From Azolla caroliniana (Eukaryota; Plantae; Polypodiophyta), in assembly GCA_043228905.1 (NCBI GenBank), contig JBHGNT010000001.1:27714001-27778000 (forward strand): a DNA stretch of 64,000 bases. Direction: 5' to 3'. Positions within the stretch are counted from its first letter, which is position 1. The number at the start of each line of letters is the position of its first letter. The notes under the pieces were generated by a model. That model ran no database searches, was not told the origin of the DNA, and saw only the letters and a list, made by a program, of their open reading frames with translations. The translations under genes were made by a program, and so were the position numbers. This document shows, piece by piece, positions 9,723-21,235 of this stretch.

Positions 9723-12700
9723 TGTTGAGAGACAAGCTCAACATCGGTTGGTTCGGCTGAAGAAGCCGAGGACTAGATCGGTTGGGACCAATCGGCTAGG
9801 CCGAGTGCGTAAACCGGGAGGTCGTTAGGAAAGATATTCCGTAAGGAATATATTTGGGAGTTAGTGTAGGAGCTCTTGATGAGCATTGAAGTACTGTCAG
9901 TACTTCAGTCAGTCCTTCTAGGGCTTGTATAAAAGTGTTCACTGAGCACGTCTTATGTACAAACTGAGTATTATTGTTGAATATAGTTTTTTGTGTCTTC
10001 TCTCTCACTCTCTCTGTCTCTCCCACGTATACCGTGTAAGCTCAAGCCCTCCATTAAACCTGAGTTTCCTTCCTTCTGTTCGGTCTTCATACTTGCTTCC
10101 GCACGTTACTTTCTACATGGTATCAGAGTGCGAGGGTTGAGAACCTCTCTGTAGCCGACACAGCTTGACGAAGAAGAACGAGAAGAACGATGGATAGAGG
10201 CATGGCGAGCTCGCTTCCAACAGAGAAGCTCGACAGAACCAACTACGCGTCTTGGTCCTACAAGATGCACCAGTACCTGCTCGGGTACGGCTACTGGAGT
10301 TATGTCGAAGGAGCTAATGACGCGGCACCCGAATCGACACACAGAGACTTTCCGTCGTGGGAGCAATCGGCGAGCAGGGTATTATACTGTTTCGCGTCGT
10401 GTGTGGGCGAACAACTATTGAGCTATGTTCGGGATGTAAAGACGCCAAAGGGTGCGTGGGAAAATCTGAAGAAGATTTTTGCCGCGAGCACAACAGCCAG
10501 GAAGCTTCAGCTCCGACAGGAGTTGGGCAACCTACGACAATGCGACTTGTCGGTGGCGGACTATACCTCGAAGATCAAGGATATCTGCGACTCCCTCGCC
10601 TCCATAGAGGTGAACATCGAGGAGAGCGAGATGGTCCAGATCTGTCTCGGAGGTTTGGCGTCGAAGTTCGGAGCGTTCCGAACGACTGTGTGTACCCGGG
10701 AGAATACGTCGTCCTTTTTCGACTTACAGTCGATGCTCCTGGTAGAGGAGAACCACGCGGGTGCGTCTACAAGCACGCACGCCGACAGCAGAATGTTGTA
10801 CACGAAGGGAGATAGGCCCCGTGAACGTGGAGGACGAGGTGAGTCGGCGCGCAATGGAGGCGGCCGACAAGATCAGGGAAGAAGGCACCGAAGTGATGCC
10901 GACAACAACTTCGGACCCTCCGGAAACAGAGGGAGTCGAAGTGATGAGAACCGGCAAGGGAAGGCCATCGCGGAGTGCTGGTACTATGGCAAGAAAGGCC
11001 ACAGGGAAGGTGAGTGCTGGAAGAAGCGTGCCGATTCGGAGAGAAACGGCTCCAGACATACCGACAAGGGAAATCGGCAGCAATCGCACTACGTCGAAGA
11101 CTCCGGGAGAGCCGGCGAAAGGTCTGCCTTTGTGACGAGACACGAAGCAAACTCAATGAAATAGAGCACCCCGAGATCGGACGAGGTGTGGTACGTAGAC
11201 TCCGGCGCATCAAACCACATGACGAGCCATAAGGAGTGGTTCTCGTACCTTGAAAAACTGATACAACCTGGAGTAGTCGCAACAGGAGATGACACTCCGC
11301 ATCCGATCGCGAATGTCGGAGAAGTTCCCCTAACCCATGTCGGACAGAAAGGGAAACTCATGAACGTGTTGCACGTTCCGACAATCACGAAAAACCTGGT
11401 CTCGGTCGGACAGATCGTCGACCAAGGGATGGAGGTTCGGTTTACACACCTCGGGTGCTTCATTGAGGAAGAAGGCCGTGTGATTGCGCAAGGGCGCAGA
11501 GACGGGAGGATGTTCATACTCGACTCCACTGACGGCGGCACCGCAATGTTCACAAAGGGAAGAAAAACCGAGTCGGACATCGACTTGTGGCACAAGCGGA
11601 TAGGCCACGTCAACTACCAACGGCTTCAAGATCTACAATCGAAACAGGTAGTGTTCGGATTGCCCAAATTTAGTGGCCGAAAGGCACAAATTTGTGAAGC
11701 CTGCCAGCTCGGGAAGCAACACCGACTTCCTTTCCCCAACGAGTGAAACCGGAGCCGGAACAAGCTCAACCTTATACACTCTGATGTTTGGGGGCCGGCA
11801 CAAAACGTTAGTCTTGGCGGGAGCCGATATTTCATCTCCTTCATCGACGACCACACGCGGCACACATGGATCTACCTTATTGAGAGGAAGAGTGAAGTCT
11901 TCGACTGTTTCCGGGACCTCAAAGGGTTCGTGGAAGCCGAAACGGAACGAAAGATCAAGTGCTTGCGGTCGGATGGCGGGAAAGAGTACTTTTCCGGTCA
12001 ATTCAACGGTTACCTACAACAAATGGGAATTCGCTGCGAATTCAGTTGTAAATACACGCCAGAGCAGAACGGCGTGGCCGAGAGAAAGAATCGGTCAGTT
12101 GTGGAAGCGGCACGGGCAATGCTGGAGGAGAAGAGCTTGCCCAAGTTCTACTGGGCCGAGGCGGTAAGGACCGCGGTATACATCCAGAACCGGATTGGAG
12201 ACAAAGTGTCGGCGCACGAGCTATATTTCGGAATGAAGCCAAACTTGCGACACTTGAGGGTGTTCGGCAGCATTGCGTATGTGCATATACCGAAGGAGAA
12301 AAGGAGGAAGTTGGACGCAAAGGCCGAGAAATGCATCTTGGTCGGTTACTCGGACGAGCAGAAGGGTTATAAGTGTTATAACCCTCGCACCAAACAAGCG
12401 CGTGTCAACCGCGACGTTGTGTTTGACGAGTCCGCGTCCTGGTACTTGCCCCCGACTACGAACCTCGACTCCAATCCGAGCTCTGACGATGAGGTCAGCG
12501 AGGCCAAGATGCCTCCGAATGAGCCCGAAATCGAGACCCACGAAGAGAGTCCGATTTCACTCCAGTTAAGTGGACCGATTGGACGACTGAGTCGGTACGA
12601 CCAGTCCGATGAAGAGCCGGCGAGTAGTGGAGACTCGGTCGTGCATTCCCCGCGCAGGAAGCCGAGGAGACGGCTTACGCGCAAAGAGAAAGGGAAGAAG

Positions 12701-15376
12701 AAGGTGTCGGATTCCGGCACGGAAAGGAACGAGTCAGACTGACGCGAGTCCGACTCCGAGGGAACCGGTGACAGGTCTTTAAAGATGAAGACCGCGTCGA
12801 CTGAGAAGGCCTCGACATCGGCTAATGTGAGATTACGCCGATCTACCCGCTAGAAGAATCATGTTTTGCGGTTCGGATACAACGAGTACATGGCGCATCA
12901 TTATGCATACATGACCCGTGTAGCGGAAGTGCGTGAGCCGGAGAGCTACGCAGAAGCGGCGAAGAACGCGAATTGGCGCGCCGCGATGGAGGAAGAGATG
13001 CACGCATTGGCGGAGAACGAGACCTGGGACCTGGTTGACGCACCGAAGGGTGTGAAGCCGATCGGGTGTAGATGGGTGTACAAAGTCAAGTACAACACCG
13101 ATGGCTCGGTCAACCGGTACAAGGCTCGGCTAGTGGCAAAGGGCTACGCGTAGAAACACGGCATCGACTACGATGAGACGTTTGCGCCGATCGCGAAAAT
13201 GACGACCGTCCGTGTTTTGCTCGCAGTAGCCGCGGCCAAGGGGTGGCACCTACATCAGATGGATGTAAAGAATGTGTTCATGCAAGGTGACCTTGAGGAA
13301 CAAGCCCCCCGGATTTCACTCTGGAACGAACTCCTCGGCAATATGCCGACTGAAGAAGTCCCTTTACGGACTGAAGCAAGCCCCGTGTGCCTGGAACGCG
13401 AAGATCACGCAACAACTGCGTCGGTTGGGCTTCATCACGTCAAAATCGGACTCTTCCCTGTTCATCCGAAAAGGTCGACTCGAACCGGTTAGTATTTTAC
13501 TGCATGTTGATGACTTGGTCATCACTGGCGCCGACCTAGGTGAAATCGACCGCGTGAAGCTCCAGCTTGCGGCATCGTTCGACATGAAGGACCTGGAAGA
13601 CCTTCATTACTTCCTCGAGATCGAAGTGATCCGTACCCCCGAAGGCATATTGATCAACCAACGTCATTACGTGCTGAGTATGCTCTTCAAACTCGGGATG
13701 GCCGACTGTAAGTCCGTCTCGACTCCTCTAGACAGAACCATCAAGCTTCGTCCCGATACGGGAAAGGTATGCGACCCGATGAGATTCCGACAAATTGTCG
13801 GAAGCCTCATATACTTGACCATCACCCGACCCGACCTTAGTTATCCGGTCGGAGTGATCAGTCAGTTCATGGCACGACCTACCAAGGAGCACCTTCAGTG
13901 TGCGCAACGCGTACTTCGATACGTAAGCGGCACTAAGGACCGCGAACTGCTATATCGGACCGGTGCAGCCGCGCAGTTAGTCGGCTACACCGATGCTGAT
14001 TGGGCTGGCAACGCCGTCGATCGCCGATCCACGTCTAGATACGCATTCTCCCTCGGGAGTGCCGCGATCGCGTGGTGCAGTAAGAAGCAACCGACAGTTG
14101 CTCTGTCAAGCACCGAAGCTGAGTACCGAGGAGCGGCTGTCGCGACATGCGAAGCCATATGGTTGAACCGGCTACTTAAGGACCTACAAGAGGAGGTGAC
14201 CGATCCAACGACGATCTACTGCGACAACCTCAGCAGCATCCAACTCGCGAAGAACCCCGTCTTCCATGCACGAACCAAGCACATTGAGGTGCACTACCAT
14301 TTCGTCCGTGAGCGTGTCCTTTCCGGTGAAGTCGAACTTCAGTACGTTCCGCCGGATCGGCAGGCTGCCGACATCTTCACCAAACCTCTTGGTCTTGACA
14401 AGTTGCGGCAATTCTCAAGTGCACTCGGGTTGCGTCACCTTGACGTGCCGAACTTGAGGGGGAGAACAGTCCCGAACGACCAAGCAAGGCAGCAGGAAAG
14501 GAGCGGACACCGCGACACCGAGTCGGTTGACAAGTTCGACATCGGATCGGCTGAAGAAGCCGAGGGCGGACCCGCGAAAAAGTTCGGAAGTAGACAGAAG
14601 GGGAGCAACCGAAGGAGAGAGCCGAAGCCAACCACGCATGGGGAAGATGACGCCATCGAAGGCGAGAAGACCGAAGACGAGTTGGAGACAGCCAACTCGG
14701 ACGAGAGCGAAAACCGATCAGAGGTAGCCGAGTCGGTTCGGATGTTTGATTCAGACACGCTGAATCAACTGAGGCCCAAGCGGAAGAAAAGGCAGCAGGA
14801 GAAGCTTCAACACCGCAATAGCAGAAGAGCTAAGGGCCGCATGAGCAGACAAGCCGACCGGAAGGGTCAAAGCGCGCGGAGTCGAACAGGTCGAGGAGCG
14901 CGAGCGAGGCGTGAAGCCAGGAGGAACCGGAGCTATGTGCCCGAGGATCCCGAAGAGCCTCAAGTTGAGCTTGAGGGGGAGTGTTGAGAGACAAGCTCAA
15001 CATCGGCCGGTTCGGCTGAAGAAGCCGAGGACTGGATCGGTTGGGACCAATCGGCTAGGCCGAGTGCGTAAATCGGGAGGTCGTTATGAAAGATATTCCG
15101 TAAGGAATATATTTGGGAGTTAGTGTAGGAGCTCTTGATGAGCATTGAAGTATTGTCAGTACTTCGGTCAGTCCTTCTAGGGCTTGTATAAAAGTGTTCA
15201 CTGAGCACGTCTTATGTACAGACTGAGTATTATTATTGAATATAGTTTTTTGTGTCTTCTCTCTCACTCTCTCTGTCTCTCCCGCGTATACCATGTAAGC
15301 TCAAGCTCTCCATTAAACTTGAGTTTCCTTCCTTCTGTTCGGTCTTCATACTTGCTTCTGCACGTTACTTTCTACA
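9723..15376 (+). mobile_element. Full-length but inactivated Ty1/Copia LTR retrotransposon
   Basis: 395-bp LTRs 9723-10117 and 14982-15376 (about 14 substitutions counted). TSD ATTTC at 9718-9722 and 15377-15381. PBS TGGTATCAGAG 10118-10128. PPT GAGGGGGAG ends at 14981. Confidence 0.97.
10190..14987 (+). pseudogene. Copia gag-pol broken by nonsense mutations and a frameshift, with a charged C-terminal extension
   Basis: Gag LPTEKLDRTNYASW; WYVDSGASNHM; LRSDGGKEY; [11 protein letters not shown]; LHVDDLVITG; YTDADWAG; RTKHIEVHYHF. In-frame stops at 11162, 11744, 12740, 12851 and 13151, and a deletion/frameshift near 13300. Confidence 0.92.
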
Positions 15377-16114
15377 ATTTCTCGCCGACTACGATTTTGA
15401 GATCGTATTTCGACCTAGTGACCAACATGGGAAGGCCGATGCCCTTTCTCGCCAAGCTGACCTTGTACTCCGCCCTGGGGATGCTGCTTATGCTCAACAA
15501 TCTAGACATTTGTTGAAACCCAACCAATTACATCTTTTTGCCACTTGTATGTTGCAGGATGATTCATTACTCCAACAGATCACTGCGTCCAAGACCGATG
15601 CGTTCGCCAACGAGATTCGAGATAGTTTTCAAAACCCCTCCAAGGCGACCACAAGGACGGATCTTGACACCTTCACCATACAAGAGGGTTTGTTGTTCCG
15701 AGATCATCTCTTATACGTCCCAGAGGGCCCATGTCGCACCCGGGTGTTGCAGGAATGCCATGATGACCCACTTGCAGGTCATTTCGGGGTCGCGAAAACC
15801 CTCGAGCTACTCTCTCGGGGGTATTGGTGGCCACAACCATGGAAGTTGGTCAAACAATACATAAAGAGTTGTCAGGTTTGTGCTCACTCTAAAGCCATTC
15901 ATCATCGGCCATACGGCTTACTACAGCCGCTTCCATGTCCTCGTCGTCCCTGGGCCTCTATCTCTATGGACCTGATAATTGACCTACCCTTGGTCAATAG
16001 CTATGACTCGGTTTTGGTCGTTGTCGCCACTAGTGAACTACATCATGATTAATACTACTCATCCATTTGTCTATCCTCTTTCTTGTCTCTTGAGCTTATG
16101 ATCTATCCGTGACA

Positions 16115-16290
16115 GTTAGATCGAGCTGGGAGTGCCAGCACGCGGCCTGACCATCCAAGGTTGGCCCGAACTCGGCGACCTTCGATTCGTGGGCTTCCGC
16201 CTCAGGCAGCCTTTGTGCCAAGTGGTTGGCATTCCACACATTAAGGAATGACCCTTGGCATTCGTCGATCAAAATGTTAGGTTGCTGCTT
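16115..16290 (-). mobile_element. Gypsy gag remnant, host of the chromovirus-type element
   Basis: Hand translation IDECQGSFLNVWNANHLAQRLPEAEAHESKVAEFGPTLDGQAACWHSQL aligns with the gag at 41102-41368 (VDDHIRSFLNTWQANHSTQRLIAEEVDASKIIEFILSLDG). Confidence 0.7.
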
Positions 16291-17459
16291 CTATGGCCGG
16301 ACAAGAAGAGCCTGCTTGATTCTTCATAGATATGGTGGGAGATCGGCGATGGCGGAAGCTCAAGCTTGGCGGCGTTTCGCAGGAAACACCACGGCTATGG
16401 TAGCTCCTACGTTTCCTTGATTATATGCAAGATTAACAATACTAATTATATTGATTTCCTTCTCTTCTTCGCCTTCTTCTGCTTCCTGTCCTTCCACTGC
16501 CCCCAACACTCTACTCTGCATCAGATTCAAACCCTAAACCCTAAATCCCCTCTTAGTTATAGCTTCCATTTCCTACTTGCCTCTTATCCCCCTTCAGCTT
16601 TCAATCAGCTCCTGCCTTTTGGGCCATGAATCCATTGTGTCATTTGCCTCTTTCGATTATGTAGGAATCATCTGCTAATGAATCATTTCTTGTTTTCTGA
16701 CGATTTCTTTACACACACTCCTCAGCTAATGGCCATGGAGAGATGAGTAAGTCTGGTCGAAGCCATATCCAGTGGGATTGAAGTTCGTAAAAAAAAAAAA
16801 CTGCAGTTATGGCCTGTAAACGTAGAGCGATTTGGAGCCAAGAAATAAGTTTTGAAGAGAGTATGACTGCAGACACTACCGTGATTCAGCTTGAGATGAA
16901 TTTGCATACCAAAATCGTTAGCTAGCTGAGGTGTGCAGTTTAGATGGATGAGATTAATTAGCAGTGATTAACATCCTTAATGACTCAATCAATATCACTA
17001 ATTACCATAATAGCCTCTTAAATAACCCAATATGAAGCTCTAATTACCGAAAACAACCTTTTAATTAACCCTGTCAGTACCCATTATGTATCCACCCAAT
17101 CAGAATCTCCAAATACCCGTATTAGCATCCTGATTAATCCAAATAGCATCTCTAATGACCCAATTACCTATCTGGTATCCCGTAATGACCCAATCAGAAA
17201 CACCCGGAATAGTGTCTCTGAGGGCATAATCAATATGGTTTTTTATTGCTTTACCTCTCTTTTAATTAACTCTCTAATGACAATAGCAACACTATTTTTC
17301 AATTCAATTTTGATGTAAAAACAACATGAGCCAATAGATTCTATGACTGATAAAAACGAAAGGCCTATCGATAATTAAGTGGTGAGTAGGATTTTGTTCT
17401 CAATCTGTGCAATTTTGTTCTCTCTCTAGGTGGGGAGGGGGGGGGGGGGGGGGTTTGGT

Positions 17460-17630
17460 AAAAAGAAATTTGTGTTTGAAGGGTATTCTAGTAACTTGTA
17501 AGTAGGGCTTGTAGATTTGAGTGTATAATTATTTTATAAAGTATATTCTTTTGGACATAGGGGTAGTTTGAACTTTCAGGGGCATTCTGGTAAATAGATG
17601 AACTTCCAGGGGTATCCTATTACTTTTCCC
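17460..17630. mobile_element. Possible Mutator-like (MULE) terminal inverted repeat, right end
   Basis: Ends in GGGGTATCCTATTACTTTTCCC (GGGAAAAGTAATAGGATACCCC read inward) with repeated GAACTTYCAGGGG motifs, typical of plant MULE TIRs. No partner TIR was found in the window. Confidence 0.4.
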
Positions 17631-17649
17631 TATTATATATTATATATTA

Positions 17650-19942
17650 TTGTAGGTATGCCAAACATGGAGATGGCCAGAAATCACTTGATTTCTTTGA
17701 ACAAATGCTGAGAGAGGGAGTATTGCCTGATGTGGTCACCTTTCTCTATATCTTGAAAGTTTGTGGTAGCATTTGAAGCCTTGATAAGGGCCAAAAAGTA
17801 CATGGTGGGATTGTTAAAGAGGCCCTTCTGTTTTTGGATAAGGGTAGATTGATTGGAACTGCATTGGTGGATATGTAGTGTAAATATGGGGCACTTGCAA
17901 AAGCAACCTTCAAGATCAAGATGGAATAGGTTGGAATGTGTTGATTGCAAATTATGTTGAACATGAGCATGTTGAAGAATCATTGAAATGGTCCCAATCT
18001 ATGAGTTGCGAGGGCTTGTCTCTGGATGCAGCTACTTTGGTTTCTGTCTATGGAATAGCTTGCAATGTGTTGATTGCAAATTATGTTGAACATGAGCATG
18101 TTGAAGAAGCATTGAAATGGTGCATATGTTTTTGGATAAGGGTAGATTGATTGGAACTACATTGGTGGATGTGTAGTGTAAATATGGGGCACTTGCAAAA
18201 GCACAAGAAGTCTTTGATAACCTTCATGATCGAGATGGAATAGATTGGAATGTGTTGATTGCAAATTATGTTGAACATGAGCATGTTGAAGAATCATTGA
18301 AATGGTTCCAATCTATGAGTTGCGAGAGCTTGTCTCTAGATGTGGCTACTTTGGTTTCTGTCTATGGAATAGTTTGCAATGTGTTAATTGCAAATTATGC
18401 TGAACATGAGCATGCTGAAGAAGCATTGAAATGGTGCATATCTATGTATCATGGAATGCATTGATTGCGGGATACACCAAACAAGGACCTTTCAGTGAAG
18501 TTTTGAAATGTATTCACCAAATGCAGTTGGAGGAGATTGTTCCAAATGTTGTAACATATTCGTGATGCTTGAAAGCCTGTGAAAGAGTAGGAGACATTGA
18601 GAAAGTACGAAGACTATATGTATAGATTGTATGGGATGGTTTCGAAAGTGATATTTGAATTGGAAATAGTGTGATAGAGATGTATGTTAGGTGTTGCTCT
18701 CTATTAGATGCACAAGATGTATTTGGTACTCTTGCAATCAGAGATGTTCTCTCATGGAATGCATTGATTATAAGATATGTTGAGCACGACCCAACAGAAG
18801 ATTTATTGTGGTTTATTTGGTGAGGCACAAAAAGATGACAAGGATGAATGACGATGGTGTCGAGGGCAGAAGCATAATTTCATGAGGGGATCCGGAGAGT
18901 AGTGTCATTATGTTTTTTCTATGTACAGGGCTTCGGCGGTCTGTTGGATGGGGAAAATAAAACAGATTCTTGTTTGATAAGGATGAGTCATGAGGTTGAC
19001 GGGGGTTGAACCATACTTCACGATGGGAGAGTACACGCATTTTCTTTTCTTTTCTTTTTTGTTTTATGAGTGTTGATGGTGTGGATTTGGAAGCTTTTTC
19101 TTGAGGGTCAACGACAATACAGGTTTTGAAGCTTGGAGATTTTCAATGGTTTTAAGACACAACAACTCAGGCCAAATGTGTTGTTGTCATCGGAAGACAT
19201 TGCTTGACTTCAGACATTGGAATTAGTTCGTGGCCATTTGGAATGCAATCATGATAAAATGGACTTGTTTTTACATGTTGGAGATTGTTTTTTCCTTTAC
19301 ATGTGGTCTCCTAGCTTGCCGTAGCAAAGGCTTGTGGAAGTGTAGAAGCTATCGACAAGGGAAAACCGGATATGGCTCTTGTGGATAATGATATAATGGT
19401 ATTGGGCAATGCTTCGATGGACATGTATGACAAAGGTGGTAGGTTTGGAACAGCCAAGGAAGTGTTGGACAGCATAGACATGGTCATAAAGCACTCGATT
19501 CTTTTGAACAAATACAAAGCATGGGCTTTTCTCTGATTTGGATAAAAGACAAAATGATAGTATTGTTACACATTATGGATTCTACATTTTTTCAATGAGT
19601 ACATTGTAAGATGATCTAGCAGTTTACCCCCCTTTGTTGGTTGTTCTCCGTTGTAAGTTGGGATGTATATAGATCCATCTCCTTAGCCTCTTTAGGGAAA
19701 GATCTATGGTTGCCCATTGAATTTTACAAGAGGGCTTTAGGAAGTATCTTGGCTTTCTTTCCACATACTTTGAATGTTGTAGCAAACTTGGTTTTCTTAT
19801 CTAATGGAAGGATATTCTTTTTTGAAAAAAAATATATATTTTTGAAGCTTCGATTTCAAGATACAAGGATGTGGAATGCTTTGATAGCGAGTTTCATCAA
19901 ACAAGGTGATGATCTAGGAGCAATTAACTGTTTTGATTAAAT
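17650..19942 (+). pseudogene. PLS-class PPR pseudogene, copy A (17650-18830 and 19833-19942), interrupted by an insert of about 1 kb
   Basis: YAKHGDGQKSLDFFEQMLREGVLPDVVTFLYILKVCGSI*; IGTALVDM*CKYGALAKA; WNALIASFIKQGDDLGAINCFD. Many stops and an internal duplication of about 300 bp (17829-18126 / 18127-18440). Confidence 0.85.
18830..19833 (+). mobile_element. Probable 5'-truncated LINE with an A-tail, containing another PPR fragment (about 19310-19540)
   Basis: Absent from PPR copy B. ES..MFFLC resembles the L1 ORF2 zinc finger. Ends CTAATGGAAGGATATTCTTTTTTG followed by an A-run, like the minus-strand tail at 56363-56460. The inner fragment reads KACGSVEAIDKGK...GNASMDMYDKGG. Confidence 0.45.
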
Positions 19943-21204
19943 ATACACAAAGCAAATAAGCATCTCTCTTTCCTCAACTCAAGTAGACAATAATGAAAAT
20001 ATGAAGCAATGTGGATAAGAAGAGTGGTGAAAATTGATTGAAGGGGAGATTATGTGAATTGTAACAATGATGCAACTCTAGTTGTCACATCATATAGAGT
20101 TGCATTACTTTATCTAAGAATCTCATGTTCCATGGATGGACCTAACACGTAGTGATCCAATACTTTCATATGAGAGCTCATTTTAGATAAGAATCTAAAG
20201 TTGGAGTCTTATCAAGTTGATGTGGATATCTTTAAGAAGGCCCTAGAACCTCCAAAAACTATGAAAAAATTTGCACATCATTTGAATATGAAAATACAAT
20301 GAGAAGTCAAAGAAAAGGAAGGTCAAATTAATTATATATGCGAATGGTGCAAGAGTTCTAATAAGCCAAATCACAGGGGACGATGATAGGATATGGGACA
20401 ATGGAGTATGTGGGAGTTCTATATATAAGAGATGAAGTGGATTACAAATAGAATTGGATGATGTGGTTTGTGCGGAGATCAAAAGTGCTCAAGGAGGAGT
20501 ATTGGATGTGGACAAGCATCACACCTCACACACATGAACAATGGAATACGAGGCACATTGAAGGTTGGTAGATGGACTAATTATTGGGTTAACAGCAACC
20601 TTTATAATCAACATCACAAAAGAGTACATAGTTATACAAGCATAGTCTAGTTAAAGTATTGAGAGAATACCCTAGAATCCTTCCTTGCCCTCTAATTTGT
20701 ATGTAGGTATACTCGCCCATGATCACATGAGTTATTAATGCTCTTTGTTGTAACTAATCTTGGTATAATCATACTTTGTGCCATCAATAGCATATTGTTT
20801 TTTTCCCAAGAAATGATACTACATTAGTATTAAGAAAAGCCCTAAGGTTGTACATGAAATATGTGAGTGTAGGCAATTACCCATGTGTTAAGTTTTTACT
20901 AGTGGCTTAAATAAACTATTTATTGTTGGTGTATGTTCAATCATCTTACTTGTGTTATCATGTATTCATAAACTTATAGCATTTGACCAGTTTGTGGCTT
21001 TGCAGCTTGAAGTGGGTGCCATTCTCTGATCTACCTAGCCATACATTGCATTGCAAAGATGGACTATGTTTGGATGAGAGTAATCCAATGGTGGAAACTT
21101 GATTTTCAAGACAAAGGTAATACCTCTAACCCAATTCTTATCTAGATGCATGAATTTTTGTGAGTGATGGTTTTAGTAGAATTAGGGTTCACACCCAATA
21201 AGTA

Positions 21205-21235
<31 letters not shown>

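Larger units (their letters stand above)
2817..16114 (+). mobile_element. Decayed chromovirus-type (Tcn1-like) Gypsy in three pieces: 2817-3164 protease, 8447-9722 RT/RNase H, 15377-16114 RNase H end, integrase and a possible LTR end
   Basis: IVLGLTWLEAHNPIVDW; [10 protein letters not shown]...[11 protein letters not shown]; MPFGLTNAP...[11 protein letters not shown]; ETEASDF...YDKELAAI; HDDPLAGHFG...WWP...C-X2-C. The reading continues across both Copia insertions. Stops and frameshifts are present. Integrase is truncated near 16025 and followed by a short segment ending CCGTGACA. Confidence 0.88.

Noticed and set aside
11162-11164. In-frame TAG between gag and protease as programmed read-through
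   Set aside because: The related Copia has no stop at this point, and this copy has several other C-to-T-type stops.
16528-16546. AACCCTAAACCCTAAA telomere-like motif
   Set aside because: Only about two units; a common interstitial telo-box, not evidence of a telomere or fusion.
21006-21116. Segment flanked by TGCAG and GTAAT resembling an exon
   Set aside because: Stops in the frames examined, no partner exons and no recognisable product.
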